A program made the translations under genes and the position numbers. From positions 1 through 33,082 of the forward strand of contig CAIVVG010000179.1 of assembly GCA_903909295.1 (NCBI GenBank): a stretch of 33,082 bases of DNA, given 5' to 3'. Shown here in pieces: positions 16,621-26,294 of this stretch. The stretch's first letter is position 1. Each line of letters opens with the position of its first letter. The notes under the pieces were generated by a model that was not told the DNA's origin, did no database searches, and saw nothing but the letters and a program-made list of their open reading frames with translations. The DNA is from an uncultured Chlamydiae bacterium. Its GTDB lineage: Bacteria > Chlamydiota > Chlamydiia > Chlamydiales > SM23-39.

Positions 16621-17367
16621 ATGGCACAAATGCAAGTCACAGACACAAAGATAAAACCATTCATGGACTATTTGGAAACAGACCTCGGTCAATATCGGTT
16701 TGTCGCCACGGTCCAAAAAGTGTGCGCCTTTCTGGCGATTTCTTTCAAAGAAATGGGCCCCCGGTATGCAACTATTTTTGCAGAACAATCGACCCAGTTC
16801 AAGACAGCGGTTGCTGTCCTGGCCTCGCATGGTTGTATTATCAGCTTTAATGAGGCGTGCAAAGCGCGTAACGAATATACAAAACCAGGAATAGATGTCG
16901 ACTCTCGTCGCTTGTGGAAATTAGCCGACAAAATCGTGGTTGCTGTGTCGATGATCGGCTTTGCGATCAGCCTCGTCTTTGAGCGGGTTCTGGGATGGGC
17001 GTGCATACTTGATGCGGCGCATAACGTGTTTGCTCTTGGGATGGCTGTTGAAGACATTACCTGTGCAGTCGAATGCGAGCGCTTTGAGGTAAATCAAGAG
17101 ATCGTAGATGAAGGTCGACGAAACGCCGCCTGCTCGGCGAAACAACTGAACATGATGAAAGCAGCTAAGGCTGTCTCGAGCCTGTTGCCTGTCATGATCG
17201 CTGCAACCACGGTCTATACTGGAGTCGTTCTTTCTCCTATGGTCCTCGCTGTCAATGGCGTCTTTGGAGCATTCCTGGCTGTAGGAGGAGACCTCTATGG
17301 CAATAATATGACTGTAAAAGTGGACTTCCATTCCCTGCCCGCCCACGTGCAATTGGCCCCTGCTTAA
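16621..17367 (+). CDS. Hypothetical membrane protein, Inc/Cap1-like (candidate inclusion-membrane or type III secreted protein)
   Basis: No Sec signal peptide. There are two paired hydrophobic segments: IVVAVSMIGFAISLVF-ERVLG-WACILDAAHNVFALGMAV and LLPVMIAATTVYTGVVL-SP-MVLAVNGVFGAFLAVGG. It occupies the fmt-rplC slot where, as I recall, Chlamydia trachomatis carries Cap1 (CT529). Confidence 0.6.
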   Translation: MAQMQVTDTKIKPFMDYLETDLGQYRFVATVQKVCAFLAISFKEMGPRYATIFAEQSTQFKTAVAVLASHGCIISFNEACKARNEYTKPGIDVDSRRLWKLADKIVVAVSMIGFAISLVFERVLGWACILDAAHNVFALGMAVEDITCAVECERFEVNQEIVDEGRRNAACSAKQLNMMKAAKAVSSLLPVMIAATTVYTGVVLSPMVLAVNGVFGAFLAVGGDLYGNNMTVKVDFHSLPAHVQLAPA

Positions 17368-17376
17368 GGTTACCAA

Positions 17377-17402
17377 GGAGCGCCCCCTCGCGGTGGCGCT
17401 CC
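17377..17402 (+). other. GC-rich hairpin between the Inc-like and SLBB genes
   Basis: An 8-bp stem ggagcgcc (17377-17384) / ggcgctcc (17395-17402). It lies 9 nt after the upstream stop and covers both the AAGGAG SD and the GTG 17393 start candidate. No U-tract follows. Confidence 0.45.
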
Positions 17403-17941
17403 AACCCACTATGCGCAGGTCCATCGAATGGTCCGAGTGGACCCTCATCATCAGCTTCGCCCTCGTCCTGAGCTCCTTCTTGCTCATCTCTCAAATCAAT
17501 ACGCGCCGCTCCGCCCCCTTAGGTTCCCTCCCAACGCCCCAGGCCCTCGCCCCTCTATTCATTACCCTCACGGGAGCTGTCTGCCGCCCTGGAGTCTATC
17601 CCGCCCAACCCGGCACCCCTTTAAGCGACCTCCTCCGCAAGGCGCGCCCCACGCCCCACGCCAACCTCACCCCCTACACCCCCGCAGAGCCCCTCTGGGC
17701 CGACCAGGTCTTTCACATCGAAGAGCTCTCTGAAATCATCGTCACCGTGGAGGGGGCTGTTCTCGAGCCCCTCCAACTCGCCCTTCCTGTGGGGAGCCGC
17801 ATCTCCGATTTAAAGGGAAAAATTTCTTTATCTGCAGAGGCTGACCCCCGATTTTTAAAGAGAAAAAAACAGCTCCGCCATAGAGAAAAAGTGGTGGTTC
17901 CTAAGAAGGGGGTTGCAAAGAAATGCACACCTCCTATATGA
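17393..17941 (+). CDS. Membrane-anchored protein with two SLBB (ComEA N-terminal-like) domains and no HhH domain
   Basis: TM anchor WTLIISFALVLSSFLLI, then ITLTGAVCRPGVYPAQPGTPLSDLLRKA (compare ComEA I.GAV..PGVY....G.R..D.I..AGG), and a second copy IIVTVEGAVLEPLQLALPVGSRISDLKGKI. The start is either GTG 17393 or ATG 17411. Confidence 0.6.
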   Translation: MALQPTMRRSIEWSEWTLIISFALVLSSFLLISQINTRRSAPLGSLPTPQALAPLFITLTGAVCRPGVYPAQPGTPLSDLLRKARPTPHANLTPYTPAEPLWADQVFHIEELSEIIVTVEGAVLEPLQLALPVGSRISDLKGKISLSAEADPRFLKRKKQLRHREKVVVPKKGVAKKCTPPI

Positions 17942-18092
17942 TCCTACGCTATATTTCAGTGCACGCAAGCCACCCCAAACTTTTAGGGTTTGAGGGTTAA
18001 GCGCGGTCCTCAAGTAAGCCTCCTATTCGGGAGGGCTTAACTGTAGCCTCTGCTTCCTCGCGTTCCTGAAGGCAAAAGAAAAAGGAAAACCT

Positions 18093-18731
18093 ATGTCGCT
18101 GACACTGACTGGCCAGAAAAAAGGGATGGCACAAGTCTTCGATCGAGAAGGCAAACTTGTGGTCTGCACGGTCATTTTGGTCGAACCCAACGCTGTCTTG
18201 CAAATCAAGCGGAAGGAAACACACGGCTATAATGGAATCCAAATTGGTGGATTGCCGATGACGCAAGCGCAAGCAAAACGCGCTACGAAACCCATCAAGG
18301 GCCACTTTGCGAAAATACAGGTGGAACCTTGTCGTGTGATTCGAGAATCTCGCCTAGATGAAGTGGACCAGTACCAAGTTGGGCAAAAGCTCGACGCTAG
18401 CCTCTTTACCGACGTCAAATTTGTCGACGTAGAAGGGGTGACTAAAGGTAAAGGCTTCCAGGGCGTAATGAAACTACACGGTATGGCCGGCGGTCCTGGA
18501 GCTCACGGATCGGGCTTCCATCGTCACGCAGGTTCGACCGGAATGCGCTCGACCCCGGGTCGTTGCTTTCCCGGAGGGCCAAGAGCCTCCCGCATGGGCG
18601 GAGATAGACAGACAGTGCAAAATTTGCGCGTCGTCGCAGTGAAAGGAAATCTCCTTCTCGTTGAAGGGGCGGTTCCTGGAGCTCGCAGCGGGATTGTCTA
18701 CATTAGCAAAGCTGAGAAGAAGAAGGGATAA
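18093..18731 (+). CDS. rplC: 50S ribosomal protein L3
   Basis: LTGQKKGMAQVFD N-terminus, KGKGFQGVMK, and its position first in the cluster. Confidence 0.95.
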   Translation: MSLTLTGQKKGMAQVFDREGKLVVCTVILVEPNAVLQIKRKETHGYNGIQIGGLPMTQAQAKRATKPIKGHFAKIQVEPCRVIRESRLDEVDQYQVGQKLDASLFTDVKFVDVEGVTKGKGFQGVMKLHGMAGGPGAHGSGFHRHAGSTGMRSTPGRCFPGGPRASRMGGDRQTVQNLRVVAVKGNLLLVEGAVPGARSGIVYISKAEKKKG

Positions 18732-18734
18732 GTC

Positions 18735-19382
18735 GTGGCAATACTCAAAAAATATGATTTGACAGGCAAAGAAACGGGATCAGTCCAAGTGGATGACGCC
18801 CTTTTGAATGTCGAAGCACACCCCCAGTCCATCAAAGACTACATTGTGGCCCTTCGCAACAACGCTCGCCAATGGTCCGCAAGTACAAAAATTCGGAAAG
18901 AGATCAACCGCACTGGCAAGAAGCCTCACCCACAAAAAGGGCAAGGCCGTTCACGTCAGGGGGATTTGGCTGCACCTCAGTACAAGGGCGGAGGGATTGT
19001 ATTCGGTCCTAGACCCAAGTTCGATATGCACGTGCGCATCAATAAAAAAGAGCGCAGAGCCGCTATCCGTTCTTTGATTGCAGACAAAATCAAAGCCGGT
19101 CAAGTGCACGTTTTGACAAATGCCGATTTGAAAGAGCCAAAGACAAAGGCCATTGCTCCTTTCTTTAACCTCGTCGCCACAAAGCGCACTTTGGTTCTTG
19201 GGGAGAGCAAGGCTGAAATGGGCAATCCTCATATCAATTTTGTCAAAAGTCTCCGCAACATCCCCAAAAAGGACTACAATCTGGTGCCTCAAGTGAACGG
19301 TTATGACTTAGCCCGTGCGGCTGAGCTCGTCGTTCTCGAATCGGCGCTCAATGAATTCCTCTCGATTTTAGGTGCATCATGA
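18735..19382 (+). CDS. rplD: 50S ribosomal protein L4
   Basis: GTG start. KKPHPQKGQGRSRQGDLAAPQYKGGGIVFGP is the conserved L4 loop. Confidence 0.95.
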   Translation: MAILKKYDLTGKETGSVQVDDALLNVEAHPQSIKDYIVALRNNARQWSASTKIRKEINRTGKKPHPQKGQGRSRQGDLAAPQYKGGGIVFGPRPKFDMHVRINKKERRAAIRSLIADKIKAGQVHVLTNADLKEPKTKAIAPFFNLVATKRTLVLGESKAEMGNPHINFVKSLRNIPKKDYNLVPQVNGYDLARAAELVVLESALNEFLSILGAS

Positions 19383-19708
19383 ATCCATATGCGATTATTA
19401 TCAGACGGCGCGTGACAGAAAAAACACGCGTCTTAGAAAACCTGCAACATGCGAAGGGTAGCCGTTCTTTGAGCCGCTGCAATTCTCCCAAAGCCGTCTT
19501 CGATGTTGCGCCAGGGTCTAATAAACCCCAGATCGCCCAAGCAGTGGAGCTGATCTACAAAGACAAAAAGATCAAGGTCGTCTCGGTCAATACAGTAAAT
19601 GTAGGGTCGAAACAGAGACGGGTCCGTGGATTTTTAGGAAAAACAGCTGGGTATAAGAAGGCGATTGTCACCTTACGCCCTGGCGACGCGATCGACGAAC
19701 AAGTGTGA
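19379..19708 (+). CDS. rplW: 50S ribosomal protein L23
   Basis: Size, position, and the ending KKAIVTL typical of L23. It overlaps the rplD stop as ATGA. Confidence 0.9.
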   Translation: MNPYAIIIRRRVTEKTRVLENLQHAKGSRSLSRCNSPKAVFDVAPGSNKPQIAQAVELIYKDKKIKVVSVNTVNVGSKQRRVRGFLGKTAGYKKAIVTLRPGDAIDEQV

Positions 19709-19718
19709 GGAAATAAGT

Positions 19719-20540
19719 ATGCCGAAACTCTTTCGACCTGTCACTCCTGGGCAACGGAAATTGGTTCTCCCCAGCCTGACTGAGCTCTCCTACGGAGACA
19801 AGCCTGCTCCTAAATCGCTCCTGATCGCCAAAAAAAGGACCTCAGGACGCAATCACAACGGGCACATTACCTGCCGTCACCACGGAGGAGGCCATAAGCG
19901 GATGCTCCGCCTGATCGACTTCAAACGGGACAAGGAAAACATTCCCGCTACGGTTGCATCAGTTGAATATGACCCGAACCGCTCTGCGCTGATCGCCCTC
20001 CTCTACTACCGCGACGGCGAAAAACGGTACATCCTCGCCCCCCAAGGAATCAAGAAAGGGGACGAAGTGTCTTCCAGCGACGAGCCCCCGTTTAAACTGG
20101 GTTGCTGCATGAAACTCAAGTTCATGCCGCTCGGCTCTGTCATCCACAACATTGAACTCAAACCCGGAAAAGGGGGACAACTCGTCCGCTCCGCCGGCCT
20201 CTCTGCCCAGCTTCTGGCTCGCAGCGAAGGTTACGCGACCGTCCGAATGCCTTCTGGAGAAGTGCGCCTCATTCATGAACAGTGCAGAGCCACTTTTGGG
20301 GCCGTCTCAAACGCAGAGCATAATCTCCGCGTCATCGGCAAAGCCGGAAGATCTCGCTGGTTAGGGATTCGCCCCACCGTTCGCGGTGTCGCGATGAACC
20401 CTGTCGACCACCCTCATGGTGGTGGTGAAGGAAGATCAAAAGGGAACCACCCACAAACTCCGTGGGCGCAGTTCACGAAAGGGTACCGCACCCGTTCCAA
20501 GAAGAAAACCAGAAAATGGATTGTAAAGGAGCGAAGGTAA
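19719..20540 (+). CDS. rplB: 50S ribosomal protein L2
   Basis: [19 protein letters not shown] and [16 protein letters not shown] 19719 has SD gagg. The upstream part of the tracked ORF overlaps rplW. Confidence 0.95.
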   Translation: MPKLFRPVTPGQRKLVLPSLTELSYGDKPAPKSLLIAKKRTSGRNHNGHITCRHHGGGHKRMLRLIDFKRDKENIPATVASVEYDPNRSALIALLYYRDGEKRYILAPQGIKKGDEVSSSDEPPFKLGCCMKLKFMPLGSVIHNIELKPGKGGQLVRSAGLSAQLLARSEGYATVRMPSGEVRLIHEQCRATFGAVSNAEHNLRVIGKAGRSRWLGIRPTVRGVAMNPVDHPHGGGEGRSKGNHPQTPWAQFTKGYRTRSKKKTRKWIVKERR

Positions 20541-20544
20541 TTGA

Positions 20545-20850
20545 ATGGCTAGATCTCTAAAAAAAGGTCCCTTCGTAGACCACCATCTGATGGCGAAGGT
20601 TGAAAAGAGCACTAAAGACGGCTCCAAAAAAGCGATCAAAACTTGGTCTCGCCGGTCCATGATCATCCCTGAGATGGTTGGACAGACGTTTGACGTCCAC
20701 AACGGCAAGAAGTTTGTGACTGTCTATGTTTCTGAAAACATGGTCGGACACCGATTAGGAGAGTTTTCTCCCACTCGTACCTTCAAAGGCCATCCGAAGA
20801 AATCCGCTGCGGCATCTGCTGCGGCAGCAGCGCCTGCTGGAGGAAGTTAA
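20545..20850 (+). CDS. rpsS: 30S ribosomal protein S19 with a short Ala-rich C-terminal tail
   Basis: [12 protein letters not shown] and [16 protein letters not shown], with the tail [17 protein letters not shown]. Confidence 0.95.
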   Translation: MARSLKKGPFVDHHLMAKVEKSTKDGSKKAIKTWSRRSMIIPEMVGQTFDVHNGKKFVTVYVSENMVGHRLGEFSPTRTFKGHPKKSAAASAAAAAPAGGS

Positions 20851-20853
20851 TTT

Positions 20854-21204
20854 ATGCAATATGCGAGAGCGATTACAAAATATGTGCGCATTTCTCCGAG
20901 AAAGGCCCGCTATGCGGCCGACCTGATTCGAGGGATGAACGTAGACCAGGCTTCCTTGCAGCTTCTCTATTCGAAGCTCCGCGGTGGACGCCTCATTAAG
21001 AAGACATTGGATAGCGCAGTAGCAAACGCTGAAACTCAGCTCGATGCACGGCGCGAATTGCTGAAAGTGCACGAAGTGCGCGTCGATCCAGGTCCCATCC
21101 TGAGACGTTCAAAACCCCGCAGTAAGGGCTCTTCTGTGCCTGTAAATAAACGGACAAGCCATTTTACAATTGTGCTGACCCTAGCTGACAGTGAGGAGAA
21201 ATAA
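20854..21204 (+). CDS. rplV: 50S ribosomal protein L22
   Basis: RISPRKARYAADLIRG, plus size and position. Confidence 0.93.
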   Translation: MQYARAITKYVRISPRKARYAADLIRGMNVDQASLQLLYSKLRGGRLIKKTLDSAVANAETQLDARRELLKVHEVRVDPGPILRRSKPRSKGSSVPVNKRTSHFTIVLTLADSEEK

Positions 21205-21875
21205 TGGGACAAAAAGTATCGCCAACCGGCTTCCGCCTCGTCTACCGCAAAAAATGGCTCTCCAACTGGTTTGCCAACAAGCAAGAGTTTGGTTCTTTGA
21301 TCGGTGAAGACCGAAAGATTCGGAAGTTCCTCCTCTTGAAACCCGCATGCCAAGGCGCTTCCCGCTTTGTCATCAAGCGGATGAGCGGAAAAATTGAAGT
21401 GACCATCCATACTGCGCGCCCCGGCCTCGTCATCGGCCGAAAGGGAGCAGAGATCGACGTCTTGAAAAGCGAACTCAAAGCCCTGACTGGTAAAGAAGTC
21501 TGGATTGAAGTCGAAGAGATCAAACGCCCCGATTTGGATGCAAAACTGGTCGCAGACGGCATCGCTAAGCAACTCGAAAGACGCATTCCCTATCGCCGCC
21601 TCTTGAAAAAAGCGATGGAAGTTGCCATGGGTGCAGGAGCCTATGGGATCCGAGTTCAAGTGTCTGGCCGTATCGGCGGCGCTGAAATCGCCCGCGTCGA
21701 ATGGTACAAAGAGGGCCGAGTTCCTCTCCACACCTTGCGCGCAGATATTGATTACGCTCAAGGACGCGCTGAAACCACCTACGGCTCTATTGGCGTAAAA
21801 GTTTGGATCAACCGCGGCGAAGAAATCCTCGCTGCTTCGAAGAAGCCAGGACAACACGCAGGGGCAGGGAAATAA
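21204..21875 (+). CDS. rpsC: 30S ribosomal protein S3
   Basis: MGQKVSPTGFRL and the KH domain GLVIGRKGAEI. It overlaps the rplV stop as TAATG. Confidence 0.95.
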   Translation: MGQKVSPTGFRLVYRKKWLSNWFANKQEFGSLIGEDRKIRKFLLLKPACQGASRFVIKRMSGKIEVTIHTARPGLVIGRKGAEIDVLKSELKALTGKEVWIEVEEIKRPDLDAKLVADGIAKQLERRIPYRRLLKKAMEVAMGAGAYGIRVQVSGRIGGAEIARVEWYKEGRVPLHTLRADIDYAQGRAETTYGSIGVKVWINRGEEILAASKKPGQHAGAGK

Positions 21876-21878
21876 CAT

Positions 21879-22298
21879 ATGGCACTGAGTCCGAAACGCA
21901 CGAAGCATAGAAAACAACAGAAAGGCAAAATGACCGGCCTCACAAAGGGCGGAGCGTTTGTCGAATTTGGCGAATTTGGAATGCAGTCACTCGACCGCTG
22001 CTGGATTACAGCTCAGCAGATCGAAGCCTGCCGCGTTACGATTTCGCGCACATTTAGCCGCAAAGGGCAAGTATGGATTCGCATCTTCCCCGATAAACCT
22101 GTTTCAAAAAAACCTGCCGAAACCCGTATGGGTACCGGTAAGGGAGCCCCCGACCATTACGTGGCGACCGTTCGCCCCGGCCGGATCCTCTTTGAAGTAG
22201 GCGGCGTAACCCGAGAAGAAGCGCAGGAAGCGCTTCGCCTCGCTGCAGCGAAATTGCCCATCCGAACCAAGTTTGTCGATAGATTGGAGAGAGTATGA
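21879..22298 (+). CDS. rplP: 50S ribosomal protein L16
   Basis: [14 protein letters not shown] and [14 protein letters not shown]. Confidence 0.95.
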   Translation: MALSPKRTKHRKQQKGKMTGLTKGGAFVEFGEFGMQSLDRCWITAQQIEACRVTISRTFSRKGQVWIRIFPDKPVSKKPAETRMGTGKGAPDHYVATVRPGRILFEVGGVTREEAQEALRLAAAKLPIRTKFVDRLERV

Positions 22299-22492
22299 AA
22301 AAAGAATGGCGCGATCAGTCTATAGATGAACTGAACGCAAATGTAAGAGATCTGGAGCGCGAAATTTTTCTCCTCCGCAATGAGCTCGCCGCCCAACGGA
22401 AGCTGGAAAAGCCCCACATGATCCGGGCCAAGCGGAAAGATAAAGCCCGCATTTTGACCATTTTGACGCAAAAACAAAAGGCAGCCGTATGA
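22295..22492 (+). CDS. rpmC: 50S ribosomal protein L29
   Basis: 65 aa, helical, with [13 protein letters not shown]. Position between rplP and rpsQ. Confidence 0.9.
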   Translation: MKKEWRDQSIDELNANVRDLEREIFLLRNELAAQRKLEKPHMIRAKRKDKARILTILTQKQKAAV

Positions 22493-22740
22493 ACGTCGAG
22501 ACTAGAGGCAAGAGAAAAGAGAACATTGGCGTCGTCATCTCCAATAAAATGGATAAAACGGTTGTCGTAACAGTGTCGCGCAAAATGCGCCATGCGAAAT
22601 ATGGCAAAGTCGTTGAGCGGACCAAGAAATACTATGCTCATGATGACTCCGATGCGGTCACAGTGGGACAAAAAGTCCGAATCGTAGAAACTCGCCCCCT
22701 CTCCAAATTGAAAAGATGGCGCGTTGTGGAGGTCCTCTAA
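22489..22740 (+). CDS. rpsQ: 30S ribosomal protein S17
   Basis: [14 protein letters not shown]...YGK...KKYYAHD...[14 protein letters not shown]. Confidence 0.93.
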   Translation: MNVETRGKRKENIGVVISNKMDKTVVVTVSRKMRHAKYGKVVERTKKYYAHDDSDAVTVGQKVRIVETRPLSKLKRWRVVEVL

Positions 22741-22741
22741 T

Positions 22742-23110
22742 ATGATCCAACAAGAAACCGAACTCCTCGTAGCAGATAACACCGGCGCCAAGCTGGTCAA
22801 ATGCTTCAAAGTATTAGGCGGAAGCCGCAGACGCTACGCTCACGTGGGCGACACGATTGTATGCTCCGTGAAAGAGGCAGACCCAAAAGGCGTTGTGAAA
22901 AAAGGCGAGGTCATCAAAGCGGTGATCGTTCGAACCAAGAGTTACATCCGCAGACCCGATGGCTCTTTGCTCCGCTTTGATAACAACAGCTGCGTCGTCA
23001 TTGATGATAAAAATAACCCCCGTGGAACCCGTATTTTTGGACCCATTGCTCGCGAAGTGCGCGAAGGTGGATTTGTCAAAATCAGTTCCCTGGCCCCCGA
23101 GGTGATTTAA
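22742..23110 (+). CDS. rplN: 50S ribosomal protein L14
   Basis: [17 protein letters not shown], 122 aa. ATG 22742 lies just after the rpsQ stop. Confidence 0.95.
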   Translation: MIQQETELLVADNTGAKLVKCFKVLGGSRRRYAHVGDTIVCSVKEADPKGVVKKGEVIKAVIVRTKSYIRRPDGSLLRFDNNSCVVIDDKNNPRGTRIFGPIAREVREGGFVKISSLAPEVI

Positions 23111-23451
23111 TGAGCAAGTGGATTCGAAAAGGCGATCGTGTAACTGTCATCGCCGGCAATGATAAAGGTAAAGCAGGAGAAGTCCTCTCCCGCGCAGAAG
23201 ATCGCGTCGTCGTTCAAGGCGTGAATGTGCGTAAAAAACATTTGAAGCACACTCAGCAAACCCAACAGATGGGAAGCTCTGGCCGTATCATTGAACGAGA
23301 AGTGGCTATCCACATCTCCAACGTCGCCTTGTGCTCTGCCCAAGGAAAACCCCTCAAAGTACGAGTGAAGCAAGCAGCAGACCATCGCGAGCTCGTTTAT
23401 GGGGCTGCCGGCAAAGAGACCGTCTACAGAACCGTCAAAAAACCTGCGTAG
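23110..23451 (+). CDS. rplX: 50S ribosomal protein L24
   Basis: KOW motif IRKGDRVTVIAGNDKGKAGEV. Confidence 0.93.
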   Translation: MSKWIRKGDRVTVIAGNDKGKAGEVLSRAEDRVVVQGVNVRKKHLKHTQQTQQMGSSGRIIEREVAIHISNVALCSAQGKPLKVRVKQAADHRELVYGAAGKETVYRTVKKPA

Positions 23452-23457
23452 GAACAT

Positions 23458-23991
23458 ATGTCTAGATTGTACAAAAAATTTAAAGAAGAGATTCTCCCCG
23501 AGCTTCGGAAGCGCCATCCAGCGAGAAATCCGATGTCCCTGCCGGTTCTCAAGAAAATTGTAATCAGCATGGGACTGGGAGATGCCCTCAAAGATAAAAA
23601 CGCTTTGCAGGAACATTCTGATGAGCTCGCGCTCCTCTCCAGCCAAAAACCGGTCGTAACCCGGGCTAAGAAGGCGATTTCAAACTTTAAATTGCGCGAA
23701 GACCAACCCGTTGGGATCATGGTCACCCTGCGCGGAAAAAGAATGTATGACTTTTTAGACCGTTTCTGCCATATTGTATCTCCAAGGATTCGCGACTTCC
23801 GCGGGTTTGGAAAAAAATGTGACGGCAGGGGCAATTACAACTTTGGTCTGAGTGACCAACAAGTATTCCCAGAAATTAACCTGGACAAGGTCAAACGAAC
23901 ACAAGGGATGAACCTCACTCTTGTGACGACGGCACAGACAGACGACGATTGCGTCGAATTGCTGACCCTGCTCGGATTTCCATTTAAGTAA
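23458..23991 (+). CDS. rplE: 50S ribosomal protein L5
   Basis: [33 protein letters not shown]. Confidence 0.95.
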   Translation: MSRLYKKFKEEILPELRKRHPARNPMSLPVLKKIVISMGLGDALKDKNALQEHSDELALLSSQKPVVTRAKKAISNFKLREDQPVGIMVTLRGKRMYDFLDRFCHIVSPRIRDFRGFGKKCDGRGNYNFGLSDQQVFPEINLDKVKRTQGMNLTLVTTAQTDDDCVELLTLLGFPFK

Positions 23992-24002
23992 GAGAGAACT
24001 AC

Positions 24003-24395
24003 ATGTCATTCAATGATCCTATAGCGGAGTTGCTAACCAAGATACGAAACGCGAAAGATGCGCGCCATCGTTTTGTTGACCTCAGCCACAGTAAAATTAA
24101 AGTCGAAATCCTTTCTATTTTGAAGAATCACGGCTTCATTGAAAACTTCTTGGTCGACGAAAAGAATCACAAAATGCGCGTATTCCTGCGCTACACCAAA
24201 GAGCGTGAGGCAGTGATTCGGGGATTGGACCGGATTTCTACTTGTGGGCTTAGACAGTATGTCGGCCACCAAGAGATTCCACGCGTATTCAATGGAATGG
24301 GCATCGCTATTCTCTCTACTTCGAAAGGGGTGTTGGATGGTGAGACAGCGCGAAATCTAAAAGCGGGCGGAGAACTTCTCTGCGCGGTTTGGTAA
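24003..24395 (+). CDS. rpsH: 30S ribosomal protein S8
   Basis: NDPIAELLTKIRNA and GIAILSTSKGVL. It follows rplE after 11 nt, so no rpsN lies between them. Confidence 0.95.
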   Translation: MSFNDPIAELLTKIRNAKDARHRFVDLSHSKIKVEILSILKNHGFIENFLVDEKNHKMRVFLRYTKEREAVIRGLDRISTCGLRQYVGHQEIPRVFNGMGIAILSTSKGVLDGETARNLKAGGELLCAVW

Positions 24396-24410
24396 GGGAC
24401 GAGGTAACGT

Positions 24411-24959
24411 ATGTCAAGACTTGGAAGAACACCTGTCGAAATCCTGAAAGGGGTTGAAATCAAAGTGGGCAAAGATGGCCACGTCCATATCAAGGGTCCT
24501 AAAGGCACCTTGGAACTCCATCTTCCTGCAGGCCTCACTCTCAAGGTGGAAGGTACTGCGGCATTGCTCGAGTGCGACGAAGGGCTCGGCGCCACCAGCG
24601 CTCTGCACGGACTCTACCGCTCCCTCCTCAAAAATCACGTCTTGGGAGTGACTCAAGGCTACGAAGTCAAATTGACGATGATCGGCGTTGGATACCGCGC
24701 TGCCGTACAAGGTGATAAACTCGACTTGCAAGTCGGATTTTCCCATCCTACCGCTCTGGAAATCCCTAAGACCATCAAAGTGTTGGTCGAAAAGGGGACT
24801 GCCATGGTTGTGCAGGGGATCGACAAAAAGGAAGTGGGTCAGTTTGCCGCAGCGATTCGTGCGATGAAACCCCCAGAACCCTACAAGGGCAAAGGGATCC
24901 GCTACGAAAACGAGTACGTTCGTAAGAAAGAAGGTAAAGCAGCTAAAGGAAAAGCGTAA
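24411..24959 (+). CDS. rplF: 50S ribosomal protein L6
   Basis: MSRLGRTPVEI, GVGYRA and PEPYKGKGIRY. Confidence 0.95.
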   Translation: MSRLGRTPVEILKGVEIKVGKDGHVHIKGPKGTLELHLPAGLTLKVEGTAALLECDEGLGATSALHGLYRSLLKNHVLGVTQGYEVKLTMIGVGYRAAVQGDKLDLQVGFSHPTALEIPKTIKVLVEKGTAMVVQGIDKKEVGQFAAAIRAMKPPEPYKGKGIRYENEYVRKKEGKAAKGKA

Positions 24960-25333
24960 TGGATCATTCACTAGCTAGAAGAACTAATGCCCGCAAAGCA
25001 AGAGCTTTCCGCGTGCGCAAGAAATTGACGGGGACTGCTGAAAGACCGCGCCTTTCCGTCTCTAAGACCAATCTTCATCTCTATGCACAACTCATTGACG
25101 ATGTCAACTCGGTCACTTTAGGTGGCGTTGGAACAATCGCAAAAGAAGCTCCTTACAACCGGAAGTCCAAGGCATCTGCCCTCGAAATCGGCAAGGAAAT
25201 CGCTTCGATTGCTAAGAAACACAACATTCAGTTTGCTATCTTTGATCGAGGTCGCAACAAATTCCATGGCGTGATAGCCGAACTTGCAAAAGGGGCTGAA
25301 GAAGCCGGACTGCACTTCAAAAGGGAAGGATAA
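24959..25333 (+). CDS. rplR: 50S ribosomal protein L18
   Basis: RPRLSVSKTNLHLYAQLIDD and FDRGRNKFHGVIAELA. Confidence 0.93.
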   Translation: MDHSLARRTNARKARAFRVRKKLTGTAERPRLSVSKTNLHLYAQLIDDVNSVTLGGVGTIAKEAPYNRKSKASALEIGKEIASIAKKHNIQFAIFDRGRNKFHGVIAELAKGAEEAGLHFKREG

Positions 25334-25845
25334 TGACAAAGCACGCTCCTAAAAAACGGCAAGAAGACTTCGGAACCGAGTTCGAAGAAAAAGTGCTCTA
25401 CATCAACCGCTGCTCAAAAGTGGTCAAAGGGGGAAGAAAATTTAGCTTCTCCGCTCTGATTCTCGTCGGCGATGGACAAGGTCACGTAGGATATGGATTT
25501 GCGAAGGCCAAAGAGGTTTCCGATGCCATTCGCAAAGGATCTGAAGCGGCTCGTAAGAATATTTTTACGATTGAAATGGAAGGATCTACTATCCCTCACG
25601 AAGTATATGTAGAGTGGGATGGCGCACGCATTCTTTTGAAACCCGCCCCCGCTGGAACTGGCATTGTCGCCGGATCCAAAACGCGCTCTGTACTCGCCCT
25701 AGGCGGCGTCAGAGACGTAATTGCAAAGAACCTCGGTTCTAGCAACCCCCTCAACCAGGTTAAAGCGACCTTCAAAGCCCTCATGCAATTGAAAAACCGA
25801 GAGCAGTGCTTTGCAGAGCGAAAAGGAGTTCATTCTCATGGATAA
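25333..25845 (+). CDS. rpsE: 30S ribosomal protein S5
   Basis: INRCSKVVKGGRKFSFSALILVGDGQGHVGYGFAKAKEV. Confidence 0.95.
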   Translation: MTKHAPKKRQEDFGTEFEEKVLYINRCSKVVKGGRKFSFSALILVGDGQGHVGYGFAKAKEVSDAIRKGSEAARKNIFTIEMEGSTIPHEVYVEWDGARILLKPAPAGTGIVAGSKTRSVLALGGVRDVIAKNLGSSNPLNQVKATFKALMQLKNREQCFAERKGVHSHG

Positions 25846-26293
25846 TCTATTATCGCAGTTGCGAAATACCTCTCGCCCACATAAAAAAGTGCAGCGCGTC
25901 GGCCGCGGAGTCGGTTCAGGACGCGGGAAGACCTCTTGCCGCGGTGGAAAAGGGGACAGCGCCCGTCAAGGTTACAAAAAACGTTTCGGCTACGAAGGGG
26001 GACAAGTTCCTCTCTATCGCAAGCTGCCGATCCGCGGTTTTACCCGTGGCCGTTTTGTGAAACCTTCCCAGGCTATTTCCCTCTCCCTCTTGGAAACCTA
26101 TTTCGAAGAAGGGGAGACCGTCAACATGGTCACCTTGCGAGAGAAGGGATTGATTCCACGCAACCTCTCTGGCGGAATCAAAATCCTCAAAAAAGGGACA
26201 CTGACAAAGAAGCTCATCATCGAAGCGAAAGCCTTTTCGGCCGCAGCGAAAGAGCAATTGGACTCACAGGGAATTTCTTACAAAGAAGTTTAA
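25838..26293 (+). CDS. rplO: 50S ribosomal protein L15
   Basis: [23 protein letters not shown] 25838 overlaps the rpsE stop (ATGGATAA), so no rpmD lies between them. Confidence 0.93.
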   Translation: MDNLLSQLRNTSRPHKKVQRVGRGVGSGRGKTSCRGGKGDSARQGYKKRFGYEGGQVPLYRKLPIRGFTRGRFVKPSQAISLSLLETYFEEGETVNMVTLREKGLIPRNLSGGIKILKKGTLTKKLIIEAKAFSAAAKEQLDSQGISYKEV

Positions 26294-26294
26294 A

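Noticed and set aside
17428-17733. A 101-aa Pro/Arg-rich alternative frame inside the SLBB gene, and the antisense ORF at 16921-17487
   Set aside because: These are a by-product of the C-rich coding strand. The chosen frame carries a TM anchor and two SLBB-like signatures.
20797-20850. The Ala-rich C-terminal tail of S19 ([17 protein letters not shown]) as a possible fusion or frameshift
   Set aside because: The frame is continuous with canonical S19 and ends 3 nt before rplV. Short lineage-specific tails on r-proteins are common.
21036-21917. A 293-aa ORF antisense to rpsC and rplV
   Set aside because: It lies entirely within strongly conserved ribosomal protein genes on the other strand and has no recognisable motifs. 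Long antisense ORFs are expected at this GC content.
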